Shown one piece after another: positions 57,950-64,000 of a stretch of 64,000 nt of DNA (its first letter is position 1; each line of letters begins with the position of its first letter). Source of the DNA: Takakia lepidozioides (lineage: Eukaryota; Plantae; Bryophyta). The DNA lies in contig CM060732.1 in the NCBI GenBank assembly GCA_030704615.1, positions 63,364,001-63,428,000 on the forward strand, in the 5' to 3' direction. The notes below the pieces were generated by a model, which was not told the DNA's origin, ran no database searches, and saw only the letters and a list, made by a program, of their open reading frames with translations. Made by a program: the position numbers and the translations under genes.

Positions 57950-60690
57950 AGACAAGCATCGCGTTCCACAACACCACATCTCGTTCAGCCATAGTGTTGA
58001 AAACTCCCTTTGCATCCTTAATGCACCCACATTTGGCATACATGTCCACCAGGGCAGTGTTCAGAATGACATCTGGTACAATTCCAGCTTTGATGATGTC
58101 ACCATGGACCTCTTTCCCCTTTTCCAGAGCTCCCAGGCGTGCACATGCATTGCAAACAAACAAATGTGATGTGGTTGGGCTTGACTCCTTCGTGCAGCAT
58201 TTGCTCATAGGTCTCCAAAGCATTCCTACCATGCTTGGTAAATCCTGCCAACATTATATTCCACGTGGTCAATCGTCGTTGAGGCATTCCTTTGAACACT
58301 TGGTGAGCATCCATGATGCTCCCGCACTTAACATACATGTTGACAAGGGTGTTGAGGAGAAAAACACTTGGCAAGAATCCACTTTGGATAATGTGAGCGT
58401 GCACCTGCTTTCCAGCTTCCAGACCTTTCAAAGAAGCACTTAAGCAAGAGACAGACATACGTATCTGAATCTGCTGAAATGCCTCCTTGGTTTAAAGTCT
58501 GTGGAGCCTCTTTAGTCTGCCTGCCTCACAAAGCATCTTCACATGCCCAGAAGTGCCAGAAGAGGCATTGTGGACTCTCTCTCTTGATCCTCTTTCAGAA
58601 GCTGTGGTCATGGTTGAGGTGCCTGATTTTATCAACGTGCCGCTGCAGCAGCTGCCTTTAGTTGACCATCTACCCATGCAGGTTTCTTGTAGCTATTGAT
58701 CCACAAGAAATCATAGGTAATCTTGTGCTTGAAATCTGGCCCTCTTGGATGCATCTGGACTCACAATCTATCCCTGCTCCTTCAGCTATGCATACACCTT
58801 GCCTTGCTGCTGACAATGACAGCCTAGATTTGTTCTAGGAAACACCCAACTCAATTTATCAAACTAGTTCATATGCTCAATTGCATCTGCTACTCTCTGT
58901 AATCCAACAGGCATTCACCTTTTTGCCTCGATTGTCCCACCATTGACGGGTCAGAAAAGTATTCATTAAGGCCGATTCTGATAAGAGGGAAAAAACAGGG
59001 TGGAATGTGTTGAAGTAAGTGCCTTCATTAGCAGTGCCTGATTTTATCAATTGTGCCGCCGCTTGCTGCGGCTTCCAGTTGACCATCTACCCATGCAGGT
59101 TTCTTGCAGCTATTGATGCACAGGAAATCATAGGTATCTTGAGCTTGAAATCCGGCCCTCTTGAATGAATCTGGACCCAAACTCTACCCCTGCTCCTTCA
59201 GCTATCCATGCTCTGCACAAATCATGCATACATCCTTGCCTTGCTGTTAGCAGCTGACAATGACAGCCTACATTTGTTCTAGCAAACACCCCAACCCTAC
59301 TTATCACAGTAGTTCCTATGCTAACTTGCGCTTCCAACAGGGATTCACCTTTTTGCCTCGATGGTTCCACCCTTGACTGCGGTCGGAAACATATTCATTC
59401 CAGAGCTTCTCCTCGCCTCTGTTATCTGTTTTTCAATACTTTCCTGTTCCGACATCGGCCGTAACATGTCAAAATCACTCCAAAACCACCATAGATCCAC
59501 CAACGACCTAACTTGCAGAATTCAACCTGAAAATTTAGGGATGAGTCTGATAACAGGCGCAAACAGGCTAAAATGTGTTGAAGAAGGTGCCTTCATTAGG
59601 CGAAGCTTCTGCTGCCGCTGCTGTTTCCAGTTGACCATCTACCCAGGCAGGTTTCTTGTAGCTATTGTTCCACAGGGAATCAGAAGTAATCTGAAATCCG
59701 GCCCTCTTGGATGAATCTGGACCTCTATCCCTGGTCCTTCAGCTATCCCTGCCTGTGTACAAATCATGAATGCATCTTCAGACTTGCTGCTAGCAGCTGA
59801 CACTGATGACGTGAAGTTCTTCCAGCAAACACCCCAACCCTACTTATTACAGTAATTCCAATTCTGAATTGCATCTGCTTCTCTCTGTAATCCAACAGGC
59901 ATTCACCTTTTTGTCTCCATTGTCCCACCATTGACTGGGGTCGGAAAAGTGTTCATTCCAAAGCTTCTCCTCATCTCTGTTATCTGTTTTTGGGTACTAT
60001 CCTGCTGCCACATCTGCAGTAACTTGTCAAAGTCAATCCAAACCACCACAGATCCACCCAACAGGCTAACTTACAGAATTCAATATACAAATTCAGTCTG
60101 ATGAGAGGGCGAAACAGGCTGAAATAGGTCGAAGAAGAAGGTGCCCTCACCACATTGTCCTTGACCTTGTGTCATGACCCATGGAGGATTTGACCGACCA
60201 TCAACCCAAGAGGACCTCTTGTGTGTGCTGCTTGTGTCATGTCGGATTGGTCTGTGAGAACCACCACAGTGCAGCTGAGCAGGCATAGATTGAGACACAG
60301 CCTGCTAAGACCAAACTGACTCTCCCAAGAACCTTGTAAACATCAAGAAGAATACAAAATCATGGTACTAACTAGAAGAGCCAAGAGCCCACATCTGCAG
60401 GATGGACAAACTTCTTCACATCGTACATTAAGAGAAAGCCACATCTTGCGATTGCGGTTGTCCCACCATCGTGAAGGATCTTTAAAAAACTCATGCCAGA
60501 TGTGAGTGAATTTCAATCCTGAAAAGCACGAGTTCACCAATTGCTATGGGGCCCTGAAAGTACCTGAACTTGATGTCCACGGCCTGCACACAGTGCCCCA
60601 TCATACTCCCTGCCATGATCACCATGTAGCAACAGACTGCAGAGACGGGCGCTCCATTCTGCCATCACTTTCCCTCCGACCATTTTCACC
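57950..60690 (-). pseudogene. Degenerate paralogous gene: array of 3-4 OSB-type PDF motifs followed by a truncated PLS-PPR tract
   Basis: WHEFFKDPSRWWDNRNRK (~60500-60445); EEKLWNEHFSDPSQWWDNGDKK|GT (~59975-59907); QWWDNRGKK|GT (~58946-58919); AG|MHPRGPDFKHKITYDFLWINSYKKPAWVDGQL (~58755-58660). PPR repeats at 58460-57955 are homologous to 49800-49290. Confidence 0.8.
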
Positions 60691-63039
60691 CACTCAACTG
60701 ACTCCTTGACCAACGCATGTCATTCATTAAAAGACAGAATATTCTATTGATAACTGTCTCGATCGAATTCGAAGTGTAATCGAAAGTATTGGTGCTAAAG
60801 CAGCTGAAACCCTTTGCGTAGTCCTGCCTTAGGAAGGCAGGGCCAATAAACTGATCGCCTACTAATTTTATTTGGTATTCACATTCAGGAAGACTGCTAC
60901 ACAAATAAAGATATAGAACCTCAAATCTGTTACTATAAACAAACAACACACCAATGGCCTTCTTTAGTAATAGAAACACCCCATCATTCGAGCTGCATAA
61001 CGTAAGGTTCATATAATGAGCTGCTATCATGCACCTGATTGCGTCCTCGTGCTCAAGTGCCCAACCGATAAGAATGCTCAATGCCCACGGACCTTATTCT
61101 GCATTACCATCACGACCATCAGGCTAAGATGTCTTGCTCTAATAACATAGAGATGACAGTGGACATTCCTGCCATGTACCTTTCTAGAAAGACACAAGAG
61201 GTTTAATTTTTGCACCTGTGCATTTCAACTTCCATTCCACCTCCATTGTGCTACGACCGGAGGACTCAAGCACCTCAACTCTAGACTTCTCAAGAGTAAT
61301 CAAACAGTCCCCCATCACAAAAGTTACCACATCTTGTCACTAGACGCTAGACTCTGGCAATAACTCGGAGCTGGGGTCGTGGTCACAAGCACAACACATG
61401 TATGGATCACTCCACCTTTCAAGTAGGGACAAGACCTATGTTTTCTCTCAAAATTACCCAGCCAGGCTATAGCACACCTGGGCAGGAACCACAAAATGCA
61501 TGCCAAGTGCCTAGAATCTGGATGTAATTTCAGTACCTCCAGTAAAGCCCGACAAAAGCCTAACCATATAAGAATTCATGCACCTGCCGTCAGGCTCTCC
61601 CTGTAGAACTTAGAAAAGCTCTACGCAGGGACAACTGTCTCCCATAAATGTGCAGCCTTGGTATGAAACTCAACATCACTTCAGAACCCATAACATGATG
61701 TTGTTCTCAAGACTTGCAAGCACATCATAGGAGTAAAGCACCGGAGTGAAACAATGAGTAACCAAATAGACAAACAATTACCCTTCAAACCCTCCCTTCC
61801 TTTTCCCCCTCTCTCTGCAAAACATCACAATGCAATCTGAACCCAAGAACTCACAAAGTGCAGCTGTACCTGAGACCATGAAGCCTGGCTGCATGCAATC
61901 ATCACCAAGAAATGAGTCGACCACAAAGGTGATTGTCAAATTTGTCCCAAGAATTTCAAAGAAGTAGAGTTTATCAACACTAGAGAGTAAGAGGTTCCTT
62001 GACGTTGAATGTACCATTGAAGACATGTCAAATAGGAGAATCAAAAGAGCATTCATTGCGAGCCTCGCCTCACCTCTGATCTACCATATATAAATGAGCC
62101 GCATAGCTTTGGAAGCTTGTAAGCCCCATATTTGCTTAGCCTAGAAATGGCCCGTTTCATCCAAAACGGCCATACCCATCCATAGTATATTTTTTTGGCG
62201 TATAAAGCCGTTAAACCGTTACAATGATATCTAGGTTAGGGTTAGTTTTGGCTGATGGCTCGATCCTGGCCCTTCATCAGATCCAGGGCTACAAGGCGGC
62301 CATGGGCTTTGGCTTATGACGCCTCGCCACGCAGCGGGCCTGACACAAGGTCAGGCCGGTGTACTCGGGTGTTAGTGTATATGTGATTTTGGTGTACAAG
62401 CTTTGGATGAGAGCCGCTTTGTCTCAGATCCGTGTGTTTGATCCTCCTCTCATCTGTTGTTTGCTCTTTCCGCTCGCCCCTTTGTTGTGCAACCTTGCTT
62501 CTTGAGAGGAAAGGAGTATATACTTCAGGCTTGTTTTATGGTGGAATCGTCGGGTACCATAGGCGTTGGTGGATCTTGCCCGCGCTGTCAGGGTTAGTTA
62601 GGTCTTTTTCACGGGATCTGTTCTACATCCTGCTGCCTAAGTGGTTCGGTAATACGTATGATCAATGGCGGCTCCTCGCCTTGCCATATTTTCTCCTGCT
62701 GTTGCAATATTGTCATCTCATGATGCGCGTTGGGGTGTGATTGCAAGGGATGGCTGCCGTTTCGTGACTTGTCTTGTGTAGCTCGCAGAAAGAGGGAAAG
62801 CCTCTTTCTTCAGATTAGTGTGGCGCTTACTGTTGAAGCTAATCCTAGTGTGGAGATTGACCCTGCTACCACTTCTTATTATGCTGGTGTTGTTATTGTT
62901 ACTCCTCCGGTTGTTGAAGCCACTGTTTTGCTAAGTTCTCTTCCAAGACTTACCAGCCTGGAGAATCCTTGTGGCAGTTTTACATAGACATCAAGTCTGC
63001 TGCTGTTGAGAACATTATTGCCCAGCAGAAAGAGATCGC

Positions 63040-64000
63040 ATGGTCAAAAGGTATTTTCTCCTTGGCTTGCCCCCTGCTATTCAAAATTGGGCTCAGCTTC
63101 ATCATTTTATCAATGACAAAACCATGTTAGCAGAAATTAACCTTAAGATGGCAGACTTGGCTGACAGCAAATCAACGCAACATCATGCCAAATTTCAAGC
63201 TCTAATGGGCTCCGAGCTTGGCATGGCTGCAACATCTGTGTCGTATGTTCCTCCTGCTATGCATTGTAAGACATATGACTTCACCCTTCAAGGATTGACA
63301 GCACAGTAGGCAGTCTTAATGAGTCTGTAGCCATTTAATTTGCTGCAATGCAAGCCCACCAACAGCGTAATTGGTAGCCTCGTCAGGCACAAGGGCCAAC
63401 AAGTGGCAATAATAGGGGTCGCACCCAAACTGGGCAAGCATGTGAAGGTAATCGTGCTGCATGTTACATCTATGGATCTTTTGAGCACTAGACTAAGCAT
63501 TGTCCAGACAGGGCAGACTTACCAGAGCTAATCAAGAATAGGAAAGTTGCTAGTGGTTCTTCCCCTCCTTTCAACTAGAGAGATACCAACCCTACCTCTC
63601 TTATACCAGTTCAAGCTGTTTTATCTACTAATTTCAAGGCCTTGCATTGTCCTCTCAGCAGAAGGGTTGCTGACCAACAAATCAGACCCCTTATGGCTCA
63701 GTGCCACATCCATGAACTAAGCTTTCCCTGCGTGATTGATACATGATGCACCATATCTGCTATCCCTCTGAATGTAGTAAGAGTCTTTGGTGCTCTGCTT
63801 CAGGAATTGAGGTTCCGATTGCTGATGGGTCAAGATATGAGCCTCTGGGATTAGTTACTGTGCCCATCAAGATTCACAAGAAAGAGGTGGTGGTGACCTG
63901 CATAGTTACAATTGGGGAACAATTCCTGCTAGGCCTTGACTGGATGACTGGAGCTGGTGCCACCATCAGCCTGACAGACTATTCCCTTCGCTTTAGCAAT
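63040..64000 (+). pseudogene. Degenerate retroelement gag-protease region running off the window end
   Basis: CVIDT*CTISAIP (DTG turned to DT-stop) at ~63729 and IADGSRYEPLG...FLLGLDWM at ~63815-63950 match retropepsin motifs. Confidence 0.55.

Overview
Eukaryotic nuclear DNA from an early-diverging land plant; it looks moss-like, judging by the chalcone synthase sequence and the PLS-DYW PPR genes. The first ~30 kb is a nest of transposons. The main element is a complete 13.3-kb Mutator-like (MULE) DNA transposon at 1713-15001, with imperfect TIRs and a perfect 9-bp TSD (ACAAATTCA), inserted in inverse orientation into an older copy of its own family. Besides a GCM-like/DDE/SWIM transposase, it carries a divergently transcribed multi-exon gene joining a ParB/Srx-like domain to a bacterial-type beta-class amino (N4C/N6A) DNA-methyltransferase-like domain, plus a third orphan ORF. 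Its non-coding segments, including introns, hold dozens of copies of the palindrome AATTTCGGCGCCGAAATT, mostly 60-66 bp apart. This is the best candidate for an undescribed system: a transposon-encoded, sequence-targeted epigenetic or anti-silencing module. Next come degenerate MULE and piggyBac fragments, a chromoviral Ty3/gypsy element (21057-28014, TSD AGGTG) with a 3.7-kb internal inversion, and two CACTA ends. The gene-bearing half contains an A1 aspartic protease, a chalcone synthase, a PLS-E-DYW PPR gene with one in-frame stop, an intronless FtsHi5, and arrays of OSB-type PDF ssDNA-binding motif exons fused upstream of PPR tracts. All calls come from reading motifs by eye; no searches were run.
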